Source: Eledone cirrhosa
Taxonomy: Eukaryota
Direction of reading: 5' to 3'
Assembly: GCA_964016885.1 (NCBI GenBank)
Contig: OZ024746.1
Location: 63,798,001-63,862,000, forward strand
DNA length: 64,000 bases
In this document: positions 1 through 14,028 of the stretch, in pieces
Layout of the letters: every line of letters starts with the position of its first letter
Position numbering within the stretch: the stretch's first letter is position 1
The notes under the pieces: generated by a model
The model's database searches: none
Seen by the model: only the letters and a program-made list of their open reading frames with translations
What the model was told of the DNA's origin: nothing
Made by a program: the position numbers and the translations under genes

Positions 1-3000
1 GTGTGGAGCTGAGAATGAATGAGATTAAGACGAGTGAGGGGCTGAGAATGAATGAGATTAAGACAAGTGTGGAGCTGAGAATGAATGAGATTAAGACAAG
101 TGTGGAGCTGAGAATGAATGAGATTAAGACAAGTGTGGAGCTGAGAATGAATGAAATTAAGACAAGTGTGTGGCTGAGAATGAATGAAATTAATACGAGT
201 GAGGGGCTGAGAATGAATGAAATTAAGACAAGTGTGGAGCTGAGAATGAATGAGATTAAGACAAGTGTGGAGCTGAGAATGAATGAAATTAAGACAAGTG
301 TGGAGCTGAGAATGAATGAGATTAAGACAAGTGTGGGGCTGAGAATGAATGAGATTAAGACGAGTGAGGGGCTGAGAATGAATGAGATTAAGACAAGTGT
401 GGAGCTGAGAAGGAATGAGATTAAGACGAGTGAGGGGCTGAGAATGAATGAGATTAAGACAAGTATGGAGCTGAGAATGAATGAGATTAAGATGAGTGTG
501 GAGCTGAGAAGGAATGAGATTAAGACAAGTGTAGAGCTGAGAATGAATGAGATTAAGATGAGTGTGGAGCTGAGAAGGAATGAGATTAAGACGAGTGAGG
601 GGCTGAGAATGAATGAGATTAAGACAAGTGTGGGGCTGAGAATGAATGAAATTAAGACAAGTGTGGGGCTGAGAATGAATGAGATTAAGACAAGTGTGGG
701 GCTGAGAATGTATGAAATTAAGACAAGTGTGGAGCTGAGAATGAATGAGATTAAGACAAGTGTGGAGCTGAGAATGAATGAGATTAAGACGAGTGAGGGG
801 CTGAGAATGAATGAGATTAAGACAAGTGTGGAGCTGAGAATGAATGAGATTAAGACAAGTGTGGAGCTGAGAATGAATGAGATTAAGACAAGTGTGGAGC
901 TGAGAATGAATGAAATTAAGACAAGTGTGTGGCTGAGAATGAATGAAATTAATACGAGTGAGGGGCTGAGAATGAATGAAATTAAGACAAGTGTGGAGCT
1001 GAGAATGAATGAGATTAAGACAAGTGTGGAGCTGAGAATGAATGAAATTAAGACAAGTGTGGAGCTGAGAATGAATGAGATTAAGACAAGTGTGGGGCTG
1101 AGAATGAATGAGATTAAGACGAGTGAGGGGCTGAGAATGAATGAGATTAAGACAAGTGTGGAGCTGAGAATGAATGAGATTAAGACAAGTATGGAGCTGA
1201 GAATGAATGAGATTAAGACAAGTATGGAGCTGAGAATGAATGAAATTAAGACAAGTGTGGCTGAGAATGAATGAGATTAAGACAAGTGTGGGGCTGAGAA
1301 TGAATGAAATTAAGACAAGTGTGGGGCTGACAATGAATGAAATTAGACAAGTATGGAGCTGAGAATGAGTGAGATTAAGACGAGTGTGGAGCTGAGAATG
1401 AATGAGATTAAGACAAGTGTGGAGCTGAGAATGAATGAGATTAAGACAAGTGTGGAGCTGAGAATGAATGAGATTAAGACAAGTGTGGAGCTGAGAATGA
1501 ATGAAATTAAGACAAGTGTGGAGCTGAGAATGAATGAAATTAAGACAAGTGTGAAGCTGAGAATGAATGAGATTAAGACGAGTGTGGAGCTGAGAATGAA
1601 TGAAATTAAGACAAGTGTGGAGCTGAGAATGAATGAGATTAAGACAAGTGTGGAGCTGAGAATGAATGAGATTAAGACGAGTGAGGGGCTGAGAATGAAT
1701 GAGATTAAGACAAGTGTGGAGCTGAGAATGAATGAGATTAAGACAAGTGTGGAGCTGAGAATGAATGAGATTAAGACAAGTGTGGAGCTGAGAATGAATG
1801 AAATTAAGACAAGTGTGTGGCTGAGAATGAATGAAATTAATACGAGTGAGGGGCTGAGAATGAATGAAATTAAGACAAGTGTGGAGCTGAGAATGAATGA
1901 GATTAAGACAAGTGTGGAGCTGAGAATGAATGAAATTAAGACAAGTGTGGAGCTGAGAATGAATGAGATTAAGACAAGTGTGGGGCTGAGAATGAATGAG
2001 ATTAAGACGAGTGAGGGGCTGAGAATGAATGAGATTAAGACAAGTGTGGAGCTGAGAAGGAATGAGATTAAGACGAGTGAGGGGCTGAGAATGAATGAGA
2101 TTAAGACAAGTATGGAGCTGAGAATGAATGAGATTAAGATGAGTGTGGAGCTGAGAAGGAATGAGATTAAGACAAGTGTAGAGCTGAGAATGAATGAGAT
2201 TAAGATGAGTGTGGAGCTGAGAAGGAATGAGATTAAGACGAGTGAGGGGCTGAGAATGAATGAGATTAAGACAAGTGTGGGGCTGAGAATGAATGAAATT
2301 AAGACAAGTGTGGGGCTGAGAATGAATGAGATTAAGACAAGTGTGGGGCTGAGAATGTATGAAATTAAGACAAGTGTGGAGCTGAGAATGAATGAGATTA
2401 AGACAAGTGTGGAGCTGAGAATGAATGAAATTAAGACAAGTGTGGAGCTGAGAATGAATGAGATTAAGACAAGTGTGGGGCTGAGAATGAATGAAATTAG
2501 ACAAGTATGGAGCTGAGAATGAGTGAGATTAAGACGAGTGAGGGGCTGAGAATGAATGAGATTAAGACAAGTGTGGAGCTGAGAATGAATGAGATTAAGA
2601 CAAGTGTGGAGCTGAGAATGAATGAGATTAAGACAAGTGTGGAGCTGAGAATGAGTGAAATTAAGACAAGTGTGAAGCTGAGAATGAATGAGATTAAGAT
2701 GAGTGTGGGACTGATAATGAATGAGATTAAGACAAGTGTGGAGCTGAGAATGAATGAAATTAAGACAAGTGTGGAGCTGAGAATGAATGAGATTAAGACA
2801 AGTATGGGGCTGAGAATGAATGAGATTAAGACGAGTGAGGGGCTGAGAATGAATGAGATTAAGACAAGTGTGGAGCTGAGAATGAATGAGATTAAGATGA
2901 GTGTGGAGCTGAGAAGGAATGAGATTAAGACGAGTGAGGGGCTGAGAATGAATGAAATTAAGACAAGTGGGGGGCTGAGAATGAATGAAATTAAGACAAG

Positions 3001-6000
3001 TGTGGGGCTGAGAATGAATGAGATTAAGACAAGTGTGGGGCTGAGAATGAATGAAATTAAGACGAGTGTGGAGCTGAGAATGAATGAGATTAAGATGAGT
3101 GAGGGGCTGAGAATGAATGAGATTAAGACAAGTGTGGAGCTGAGAAGGAATGAGATTAAGACGAGTGTGGGGCTGAGAATGAATGAGATTAAGATGAGTG
3201 TGGAGCTGAGAAGGAATGAGATTAAGACAAGTGTGGGGCTGAGAATGAATGAAATTAGACAAGTATGGAGCTGAGAATGAATGAGATTAAGACGATTGTG
3301 GAGCTGAGAATGAATGAGATTAAGACAAGTATGGAGCTGAGAATGAATGAGATTAAGACAAGTATGGAGCTGAGAATGAATGAAATTAAGACAAGTGAGG
3401 AGCTGAGAATGAATGAAATTAAGACAAGTATGGAGCTGAGAATGAATGAGATTAAGACGAGTGTGGAGCTGAGAATGAATGAGATTAAGACAAGTGTGGA
3501 GCTGAGAATGAATGAAATTAAGACAAGTGTGGAGCTGAGAATGAATGAGATTAAGACAAGTGTGGGGCTGAGAATGAATGAGATTAAGACGAGTGAGGGG
3601 CTGAGAATGAATGAGATTAAGACAAGTGTGGAGCTGAGAAGGAATGAGATTAAGACGAGTGTGGAGCTGAGAAGGAATGAGATTAAGAATAGTGTGGAGC
3701 TGAGAATGAATGAAATTAATACGAGTGAGGGGCTGAGAATATATGAGATTAAGACAAGTGTGAAGCTGAGAATGAATGAGATTAAGACAAGTGTGGGGCT
3801 GACAATGAATGAAATTAGACAAGTATGGAGCTGAGAATGAGTGAGATTAAGACGAGTGTGGAGCTGAGAATGAATGAGATTAAGACAAGTGTGGAGCTGA
3901 GAATGAATGAGATTAAGACAAGTGTGGAGCTGAGAATGAATGAAATTAAGACAAGTGTGGAGCTGAGAATGAATGAAATTAAGACAAGTGTGAAGCTGAG
4001 AATGAATGAGATTAAGACGAGTGTGGAGCTGAGAATGAATGAAATTAAGACAAGTGTGGAGCTGAGAATGAATGAGATTAAGACAAGTGTGGAGCTGAGA
4101 ATGAATGAGATTAAGACGAGTGAGGGGCTGAGAATGAATGAGATTAAGACAAGTGTGGAGCTGAGAATGAATGAGATTAAGACAAGTGTGGAGCTGAGAA
4201 TGAATGAGATTAAGACAAGTGTGGAGCTGAGAATGAATGAAATTAAGACAAGTGTGTGGCTGAGAATGAATGAAATTAATACGAGTGAGGGGCTGAGAAT
4301 GAATGAAATTAAGACAAGTGTGGAGCTGAGAATGAATGAGATTAAGACAAGTGTGGGGCTGAGAATGAATGAGATTAAGACGAGTGAGGGGCTGAGAATG
4401 AATGAGATTAAGACAAGTGTGGAGCTGAGAAGGAATGAGATTAAGACGAGTGAGGGGCTGAGAATGAATGAGATTAAGACAAGTATGGAGCTGAGAATGA
4501 ATGAGATTAAGATGAGTGTGGAGCTGAGAAGGAATGAGATTAAGACAAGTGTGGAGCTGAGAATGAATGAGATTAAGATGAGTGTGGAGCTGAGAAGGAA
4601 TGAGATTAAGACGAGTGAGGGGCTGAGAATGAATGAGATTAAGACAAGTGTGGGGCTGAGAATGAATGAAATTAAGACGAGTGTGGGGCTGAGAATGAAT
4701 GAAATTAAGACAAGTGTGGGGCTGAGAATGAATGAGATTAAGACAAGTGTGGGGCTGAGAATGAATGAAATTAAGACAAGTGTGGGGCTGAGAATGAATG
4801 AAATTAAGACAAGTGTGGGGCTGAGAATGAATGAGATTAAGACAAGTGTGGGGCTGAGAATGTATGAAATTAAGACAAGTGTGGAGCTGAGAATGAATGA
4901 GATTAAGACAAGTGTGGAGCTGAGAATGAATGAAATTAAGACAAGTGTGGAGCTGAGAATGAATGAGATTAAGACAAGTGTGGGGCTGAGAATGAATGAA
5001 ATTAGACAAGTATGGAGCTGAGAATGAGTGAGATTAAGACGAGTGAGGGGCTGAGAATGAATGAGATTAAGACAAGTGTGGAGCTGAGAATGAATGAGTT
5101 TAAGACAAGTGTGGAGCTGAGAATGAATGAGATTAAGACAAGTGTGGAGCTGAGAATGAATGAGATTAAGATGAGTGTGGGACTAAGAATGAATGAGATT
5201 AAGACAAGTGTGGAGCTGAGAATGAATGAAATTAAGACAAGTGTGGAGCTGAGAATGAATGAGATTAAGACAAGTATGGGGCTGAGAATGAATGAGATTA
5301 AGACGAGTGAGGGGCTGAGAATGAATGAGATTAAGACAAGTGTGGAGCTGAGAATGAATGAGATTAAGATGAGTGTGGAGCTGAGAAGGAATGAGATTAA
5401 GACGAGTGAGGGGCTGAGAATGAATGAAATTAAGACAAGTGGGGGGCTGAGAATGAATGAAATTAAGACAAGTGTGGGGCTGAGAATGAATGAGATTAAG
5501 ACAAGTGTGGGGCTGAGAATGAATGAAATTAAGACGAGTGTGGAGCTGAGAATGAATGAGATTAAGATGAGTGAGGGGCTGAGAATGAATGAGATTAAGA
5601 CAAGTGTGGAGCTGAGAAGGAATGAGATTAAGACGAGTGTGGGGCTGAGAATGAATGAGATTAAGATGAGTGTGGAGCTGAGAAGGAATGAGATTAAGAC
5701 AAGTGTGGGGCTGAGAATGAGTGAAATTAGACAAGTATGGAGCTGAGAATGAATGAGATTAAGACGATTGTGGAGCTGAGAATGAATGAGATTAAGACAA
5801 GTATGGAGCTGAGAATGAATGAGATTAAGACAAGTATGGAGCTGAGAATGAATGAAATTAAGACAAGTGAGGAGCTGAGAATGAATGAAATTAAGACAAG
5901 TATGGAGCTGAGAATGAATGAGATTAAGACGAGTGTGGAGCTGAGAATGAATGAGATTAAGACAAGTGTGGAGCTGAGAATGAATGAAATTAAGACAAGT

Positions 6001-7570
6001 GTGGAGCTGAGAATGAATGAGATTAAGACAAGTGTGGGGCTGAGAATGAATGAGATTAAGACGAGTGAGGGGCTGAGAATGAATGAGATTAAGACAAGTG
6101 TGGAGCTGAGAAGGAATGAGATTAAGACGAGTGTGGAGCTGAGAAGGAATGAGATTAAGAATAGTGTGGAGCTGAGAATGAATGAAATTAAGACAAGTGT
6201 GGAGCTGAGAATGAATGAGATTAAGACAAGTGTGGAGCTGAGAATGAATGAGATTAAGACAAGTGTGGAGCTGAGAATGAATGAGATTAAGACGAGTGTG
6301 GAGCTGATAATGAATGAAATTAAGACAAGTGTGGAGCTGAGAATGAATGAGATTAAGACGAGTGTGGAGCTGAGAATGAATGAAATTAAGACAAGTGTGG
6401 AGCTGGGAATGAATGAGATTAAGACAAGTGTGGAGCTGAGAATGAATGAGATTAAGACGAGTGAGGGGCTGAGAATGAATGAGATTAAGACGAGTGTGGA
6501 GCTGAGAATGAATGAAATTAAGACAAGTGTGGAGCTGAGAATGAATGAGATTAAGACAAGTGTGGAGCTGAGAATGAATGAAATTAAGACAAGTGTGGAG
6601 CTGAGAATGAATGAGATTAAGACAAGTGTAGGGCTGAGAATGAATGAGATTAAGACGAGTGAGGGGCTGAGAATGAATGAGATTAAGACAAGTGTGGAGC
6701 TGAGAAGGAATGAGATTAAGACGAGTGAGGGGCTGAGAATGAATGAGATTAAGACAAGTATGGAGCTGAGAATGAATGAGATTAAGACGAGTGTGGGGCT
6801 GAGAATAAATGAGATTAAGATGAGTGTGGAGCTGAGAAGGAATGAGATTAAGACAAGTGTGGAGCTGAGATTAAGATGAGTGTGGAGCTGAGAAGGAATG
6901 AGATTAAGACGAGTGAGGGGCTGAGAATGAATGAGATTAAGACAAGTGTGGGGCTGAGAATGAATGAAATTAAGACAAGTGTGGGACTAGAATGAATAAA
7001 ATTAAGACAAGTGTGGGGCTGAGAATGAATGAGATTAAGACAAGTGTGGGGCTGAGAATGAATGAAATTAAGACAAGTGTGGGGCTGAGAATGAATGAGA
7101 TTAAGACAAGTGTGGGGCTGAGAATGAATGAGATTAAGACGAGTGTGGAGCTGAGAATGAATGAGATTAAGATGAGGGAGGGGCTGAGAATGAATGAGAT
7201 TAAGACAAGTGTGGAGCTGAGAAGGAATGAGATTAAGACGAGTGAGGGGCTGAGAATGAATGAGATTAAGACAAGTATGGAGCTGAGAATGAATGAGATT
7301 AAGACAAGTGTGGGGCTGAGAATGAATGAGATTAAGACGAGTGTGGGGCTGAGAATGAATGAGATTAAGACAAGTATGGAGCTGAGAATGAATGAGATTA
7401 AGACGAGTGTGGGGCTGAGAATGAATGAGATTAAGATGAGTGTGGAGCTGAGAAGGAATGAGATTAAGACAAGTGTGTGGCAGAGAATGAATGAAATTAA
7501 GACAAGTGTGTGGCTGAGAATGAATGAAATTAAGACAAGTGTGGGGCTGAGAATGAATGAAATTAAGACA
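1..7570 (+). repeat. 33-bp minisatellite (~229 units, open at window start), consensus GTGGAGCTGAGAATGAATGAGATTAAGACAAGT, with higher-order repeats
   Basis: Direct tandem periodicity; each unit encodes VELRMNEIKTS; recurrent variant units and 1-bp deletions (aattagac at ~1341, 2495, 3253, 3813, 5000, 5725). Confidence 0.98.
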
Positions 7571-8430
7571 AAGTATCTGGTAGAGAACATTAAGAATCCA
7601 GAGAAGATTATGAATGAAGGCGGGAAGCTGCTAGAGTTGGTTGAGGACTTCCTGTATCTGGGAGAAAAGATTGAGAACACAGATTGGGAGCAAATTGAGG
7701 AAGAGCAAAGCCTGGGTGACATGCCACTGTTTGAGATCAGTGTGGATGTCAGACCTTTGTAAGGACTTGAAGATCCGTCTCTTCATTGCTACAGTGGAGT
7801 CTGTGCTATTGTACGGGTCTGAGACTTGGCCACTGACCAAGAAACTCACTCAGATGGTGGATGGGTGCTACACGAGAATGCTGAGGATGACTCTGATCAT
7901 TAATCTGTGTACACTGAGGAGGAAGAACTCAGAGCTGTATGGGAGCCTCCCAAATATCAGCTCGAAAGTAACACAGAGGAGATTGAGGTTAACTGGACAT
8001 GCTCACCGACATTCAGAATTGACACTGCACTCAGTGCCCCCGTGGGAGCCCCTACACAGACACACTAGAAGAGGGAGATCGAGGTTTATATATATTAATT
8101 GTTTCTACTTTAGGCACAAGGCCAGCAATTAACCAGTGCATTACTGGTACTTTATTTTATTGACCCCATAAGGATGAAAGGCAAAGTCAACCTCGGCGGG
8201 ATTTGAACTCAGATCCTAAAGGGACGTAACTATGCTGGAAAGCATGGCGTCCGACCCTCTACCGATACTGCCAATCCACCGCCCTCAGATGTTTATATAT
8301 ATTAATGCCCTACAGACAGATACTGGTCTCTGGGAGGTGCAAGACACGGTGACAATGATGAAGGTCAGAGATCACTGGAGCGAACTCGTCCATGGATTTT
8401 GGGAATTTTATCCACCCTAGATAGATAGAT
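7541..8430 (+). mobile_element. Degenerate non-LTR retrotransposon (RTE-related) RT C-terminal region and 3' end
   Basis: VGLRMNEIKTKYL...VEDFLYLG, frameshift, then KIRLFIATVESVLLYGSETW...CYTRMLR...RRLRLTGH...RRGR, SINE insertion, then ...RDHW...FYPP* and a (TAGA)n tail. Confidence 0.9.
8100..8290 (-). mobile_element. tRNA-type SINE (family A, Meta-domain-like core) inserted in the LINE
   Basis: Reverse complement of the GGATTGGCAGTATCGG...GAGTTCAAATCC...GCCTTTCATCCTTACGGGGTCGATAAAATAAAGTACCAG...AGAAACAATT family; 16-bp TSD GTTTATATATATTAAT at 8084 and 8291. Confidence 0.9.
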
Positions 8431-8834
8431 GTTATCAGTGATTCAACTTCAGCACAACTCCCCTCACTTTCTTTGGTCTTTCTCTACCACTGGCAGAGTC
8501 TCTCAAAGAAATTTTTTCAATACAAGAAAGTGAGAGAGGTTCCTCAAAATTCAAGGAAGCTGAGAGTTTTTTTTTTTTCATTTGTAATTTGTGTAGGTAT
8601 GTGTGTGGGGTAGCAGGGTTACTTTGGCTCTCATGGTTACAGACCAACGTCATGACAGAACCCTTCACTTACAGGCCCTGACAGCAGATACCTACCTACT
8701 ATTGTGAGTATACAACAGTTTTCATTAAATATACAACAGCTGTTGTTCCATAAGAAAATTTGCAATAAAGATTTTTTAAAGTTCAATATAAGCTTGGAAA
8801 GAATAGCAATACTCTATGAACTTCATACAAGACT

Positions 8835-8881
8835 ATGTATGTATATATGTATATATATGTGTGTATGTATGTATGTATGTA

Positions 8882-8938
<57 letters not shown>

Positions 8939-8965
8939 TTATATGTATGTATGCATATGTATGTA

Positions 8966-9002
<37 letters not shown>
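8835..9002. repeat. (TG)n/(TATG)n microsatellite
   Basis: Seen directly. Confidence 0.95.
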
Positions 9003-9003
<1 letters not shown>

Positions 9004-9969
9004 ACTTTTCAAAAGAACAAGAGGTATATGAATCTGAATATTTATGGTAGTTACAGTTAATAGATAGTAATCTGACCAAGGAAGTTAATTTGACGATTTT
9101 ATAGTTATATTTCCTTTCTTCAAAAACAATGTAATCTAAAGCAAATTTTATGTCCATGAATCACAGAAACATCCCTGTCAATTTAATTATGTCCATGGTA
9201 AATAGACTTTCTCAAAAGCCAAATTGCTTCAGCTTCAGTCATGGTTAATAAACTTCATATAACATTTTAGGTTATATTTTTTATTTGTATTCCAGAATGT
9301 GCATCTAGTGATAGCTTTGTGGTTGTCTATATATATATTTTTTGTGGTTGTTATTGTTATTCTTTGCTCTGAAGATAAAACATGAGAGAATTAATCAGAT
9401 AAGGGATTATTTCTTGGTTATTATACATTGGTACTAGAAACTAGATATAATAAAACAAGGTATTTTGTTTATTCTTTAGTTTTCCTGTAATATTGCCATT
9501 GCAACTCTTTTGTATATTAATACTATGTCAGAAACAAAGATGAATTCATTGATTCAATAGAGTATTTTTACATTGATTTTAGTTTTATCATCTTCATGAG
9601 GAAATACTGAGATAGAATCACTGCATATTACTGAAAAGATAAAAAGAAAGTGTAGCCTATTGTAATAAACACAGTAGATCTGAAGAGGATATAGAATGTG
9701 AGATAACACTCTCCCACTCAAAATTTCACACTATAATGAATTCTTTTGATTTGAAATGAATCTAGATTTTCTTTGATCAAATATGTTCTGAAGTGTTAAC
9801 TAGATATGAGGATATGACCATTGCAGTAGACTTCTATACAGATATAGCATAAGATATGACAAAGTGAACTTGTTAAACACTCAAATTTAAGTAAAATACT
9901 TATGAAATTAATAAGAGATTTGAATATTCAATAATTTCTTATTTAAGATCTAATAGTATTCTCTTAGAC

Positions 9970-10311
9970 CAGTGGTTCTCAAAGTGGGCGCTACTGCCCC
10001 CTGGGGGTATTGAGAAGGCCCAGGGGAGACACTAAGGGGGCAGTGGGGTGGTAGAGATGATATAATAGTATATTAAATATCAAATGATACATATTATATA
10101 TAAATATAGTAAAATAAAAAAAATATATAATATATATTTATACATAGTATATATATTATATTATTTATTATATATAAATTAACGATTTTATTTATTATGT
10201 ATTATTTACAATTTGCGTGTAGGCAGGTCTCTCTGGAAATAGGGGTGGGGATGTTGAGGATTTTACATGGCCGTGAGGGGGATGGTGGCCCCAAAAGTTT
10301 GATAACCTCTG
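9970..10311. mobile_element. hAT (Charlie-like) MITE
   Basis: TIRs CAGTGGTTCTCAAA / TTTGATAACCTCTG; 8-bp TSD TCTTAGAC/TTTTAGAC. Confidence 0.85.
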
Positions 10312-10799
10312 TTTTAGACCATGACAAGAATCATTCTGCCATGAAAGAGTTCAATACAAATGAATATTAGTAGCAGAATGTCAACATCTAATATATACTA
10401 TTAAACATAAGCACACAACACCAATATATATAAACAAACATCGTATGCAATGTTTGAACTTCCAAACTTTCAAAGCATTGAGAGATTATGAAGCACATAG
10501 AAAATGTGGTATGCCCAGACACAGAAAAAATAATAGTAAGTACAGTTAATTGCTATAAATAGTTTAGAAAATCAGGTAAAAACTCCTTATAGATGGAAAA
10601 ATATTTTTCAGCAGCTGCTTCTCAGATATTGGAATCTGAGAGATAAGAGTTTTGATTCATTGTAGCAGCTGCTGGCAACATTTTCCCGTCTATAAAGGGT
10701 CTTTACCCCAATATTCTATAGCAAATGACTGTATTTACAGTTATTTTTTTTCTACATCTGAGCAGACTACATTTTCTATGAACTATTATATTCATTTTT

Positions 10800-10852
10800 G
10801 TTCATTGTAATTGTTGTCATCATCATCATCATTGTTGTCATCATCACAATTG

Positions 10853-10885
<33 letters not shown>

Positions 10886-11240
10886 TTGTTGTCATCATCA
10901 CAATTGCCACCACCACCATCATCATCATCATCATCATCATCGTCATTGTTGTCATCATTATCAATGTAGCTGTCACCATCATCATCAATATAGTTATCAT
11001 CTTTGCCATCACCATCATCAATAGAGCTGTCATCATCATCCACATCATCGATAGAGCTGTCATCATCATCATCATCATCAACATCATCAATAGAGCTGTC
11101 ATCATCATCAACATCAACATCATCAATAGAGCTGTCATCATCATCATCATCATCAACATCATCAATAGAGCTGTCATCATCATCATCATCAACATCAACA
11201 TCATCAATAGAGCTGTCATCATCATCATCATCATCATTAT
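10800..11240. repeat. (CAT)n-derived compound repeat with recurring AATAGAGCTGT spacer
   Basis: Seen directly. Confidence 0.95.
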
Positions 11241-11517
11241 TTTATTGACTATGTTATTTATAAAAACAAAACAATGTTATATTGCTCTTTCTAAGAAGCT
11301 TTTTATTTGATGCAGAATTGATTGTTTTCATCATCTCGTTATTACATACAATTAATTAAATTAGAGTTTTAATCATTAGCTTTTATATTCATAGTTTCAA
11401 GTCTGAGATATGTTTTTGTTTTTAAAATGTTCCGCTGTTCAAATATAATGAATATTGTTTTATCACCTGAACTTTCTTCTGATATATAGTTTAGTCTAAT
11501 AGTATTACCTTTACTGA

Positions 11518-11888
11518 TATGCACAGCTTAGTGGTTAGAGTGTTGGGCTAGCAATCACAATGTTGTGAGTTCAATTCTCAGACAGGGTGATGTGGTGTGT
11601 CCTTGAGCAAGACACATTATTTCACGTTGTTCCAGTTTACTCAGCTGTAGAAATGTGTTGTGATGTCACTGGTGCCACGCTGTATCAGCCATTGCCTTTC
11701 CCTTGGACAACATCATATATAGTGTATATATATAATATATGTGTATGTTCTGACGTAATTGGTGCCAAGCTGTATTGGCCTTTGCCTCTCTCTTGGATGA
11801 CATTGGTGGCGTGGAAAGGGGAGACTGGTATGCATGGGCAACTGCTGATTTTCCACAAACAACCTTGCACAGGCTTGTGCCTCAGAAG
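11518..11888 (+). mobile_element. tRNA-derived CORE-like SINE (family B variant) with an internal duplication
   Basis: A-box-like GCTTAGTGG, B box GAGTTCAATTC, CORE-like CCTTGAGCAAGACAC...CCAGTTTACTCAGCTGTAGAAATG; duplicated GGTGCCA.GCTGTAT..GCC.TTGCC block. Confidence 0.75.
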
Positions 11889-11889
11889 C

Positions 11890-12080
11890 TGCAGTGAATT
11901 GGCAGTATCGGTAGAGGGTTGGACGCCATGCTTTCTAGCATAGTTACGTCCCTTTACGGTCTGAGTTCAAATTCCGCCGAGGTTAACTTTGCCTTTCATC
12001 CTTATGGGGTCGATAAAATAAAGTACCAGTAATGTACTGGGTAATTGCTGGCCTTGTGCCAAAAGTAGAAACAATTATTT
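11890..12080 (+). mobile_element. SINE family A
   Basis: Near-full-length match to the other family A copies. Confidence 0.9.
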
Positions 12081-13527
12081 TATTAAAATAGAGCAGTGGA
12101 TTAGCAGTACTGGTAGATACTCATATCCACTTACATTAAATCCCCAGAGACTTTCTTGTTTTGCACTTCTGCTCACATGATGCTACTGCGCATTTTACTT
12201 CTGGTACACCACTCATAACCCAACAGATACATTCTAAATCTGTACCTTAAAGTTACTCTTAACCACCCAGTATGGTATGATTTAAGGGAAATTAGGCTAC
12301 TATTTCTAGCCTAACAAGTAACTAAGTAGATGCTTCTTTATATAGTTCATTGTTGTAGGTGACACAAGTACTAACTAACTGGCATGTTTTATTTTTATTG
12401 GTATGTAGTTCTGATCCTCAAACTTTCCAATGGGAGGTATCCCATACAGAGAAAGGAGGAGGTGTTATGATAGAAACACAGAAAAACGAAACATTTGAGC
12501 TGCAGAAAGCTCAAGTCTGTTTTGTGGGGGACCTATTTTTCCTTGTGTCTGTAGATTGACTGATATTTAATGTAGCACATATATTGTGGGAGCCTAGCAT
12601 ATCTGAAGCACATTTCTAATCAGAAAAAAACCCCCAAAAAACATCATTAGCATTAATGACAATTCTTATTAAGAGGAACAAGGGAGAGAACTGTAGAATT
12701 TAAATTGATTAAAAATTACATGAAGATGTGCAGTGGGTAGTGAACCTGGTAGTCATGAGGATAACACTTGGTACGTTTTAATATTATTAGACATCCTCAG
12801 TGTAATATAACCAAAAACATAACTATCAAACCTTAGAATGACTTTTAATGGATATAGATTTTGTGTAAAATTATTAATTGATTAGGCAATTTAAAATGAT
12901 AACATTGGAAAATTCCTCAGGGTTGCTTTCTGCATGAAAACATATAGTTAAATGTTTTTAAGATTGTTTAATCAATTGATATTACGTCCACAATGAGAAA
13001 AAAGGTCAAGGGAGAGAACTGGAAATAGCCACAGAGGAAGAACTACATCAATTATTTTCAGGTCAAAGGTTTGCTACTCAGCAGCTAGAATTACAATAAT
13101 AACAGCAACAATTATAAATTCATTATTCTAATGTTGGTTCTGTCAGTAACATTTACTAAACAGAGTTTTACGTGACTAACATCACAACAATGGAAATATC
13201 AGCAGTCATACATACCATGAGCATAGACTATAAATACAATAGCAGGCTGATTGCTTATCAATAACAGAAGACATATATAAATAATGAATAAGGAATAAGA
13301 TGTTGGAATTAGATGATAGTAAAGTACAGTAAACCTTTTATATTAACAGTAACCCTGGAGATTTGAGGGATGCTGCTATTTTGAATTTTCTTATATCTAA
13401 AATGTATTTTTTAAATACATTCTTTACATAAATAAAAGTGTTTGGCAGACCTGTCAATTCTCCCCTCTCCCCAACGAGGAGATCTTCCCCAACGAGAGAT
13501 GTCTTCTCTTGTGAAAATGGTTATGAC

Positions 13528-13683
13528 ACTATGCTTTGCAACATAGAGGTATGGCTCTTTACGGTTGAGTTCAAATCCTGCCGAGGTTAACTTTGCTTTT
13601 CATTCTTATGGGGTTGATAAAATAAAGTACCAGTAATGCACGGGGATAATTGCTGGCCTTGTTCCAAAAGTAGAAACGATTAT
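13528..13683 (+). mobile_element. SINE family A, 5'-degraded
   Basis: GAGTTCAAATCCTGCCGAGG...AAAGTACCAG...AGAAACGATT. Confidence 0.8.
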
Positions 13684-14028
13684 GTAAAGTCTTCCCATTT
13701 TGCCTCATTTCTGGGCACTTTTTGTCATGGTATTCTCCGTTTGAACTTTTAGAGGTTGGTATGTCTGGTTTGGCATCATTTACAGCTTCTCATACTGAAG
13801 TATTAAGTCCTGTTATTCAGGGCCCTTAGCTGTTCTAGTACCTCAGCAGCCTCACTATCATTTGTGTAATGCTGTGAGTGTTCTGGTTTGCCTCAAAAGG
13901 TTTTTAGAGGACAACCCCAGCATTACTTGTTGTAGTGTGTTGAGGAATCATACATATCCTTTCTTTTCTGTTTTTCCTTCTGTCTCTCTTTTACTGCTAT
14001 TGTCTATTTGCTTTATTGATTGTACGTA

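Noticed and set aside
1-7570. CRISPR array, or a genuine repeat-protein gene
   Set aside because: Units are contiguous with no unique spacers and no cas genes; the ORFs are broken by frameshifts, lack supporting gene structure, and derive from a LINE
1343-7722. Long minus-strand ORFs (HSQLHTCLNLI / LISFILSSTLV)
   Set aside because: Antisense readings of the minisatellite
12359-12400. Possible small exon (ttgtag|...|gtatgt)
   Set aside because: Splice-like ends but no recognisable peptide or partner exons; cannot be supported without RNA-seq
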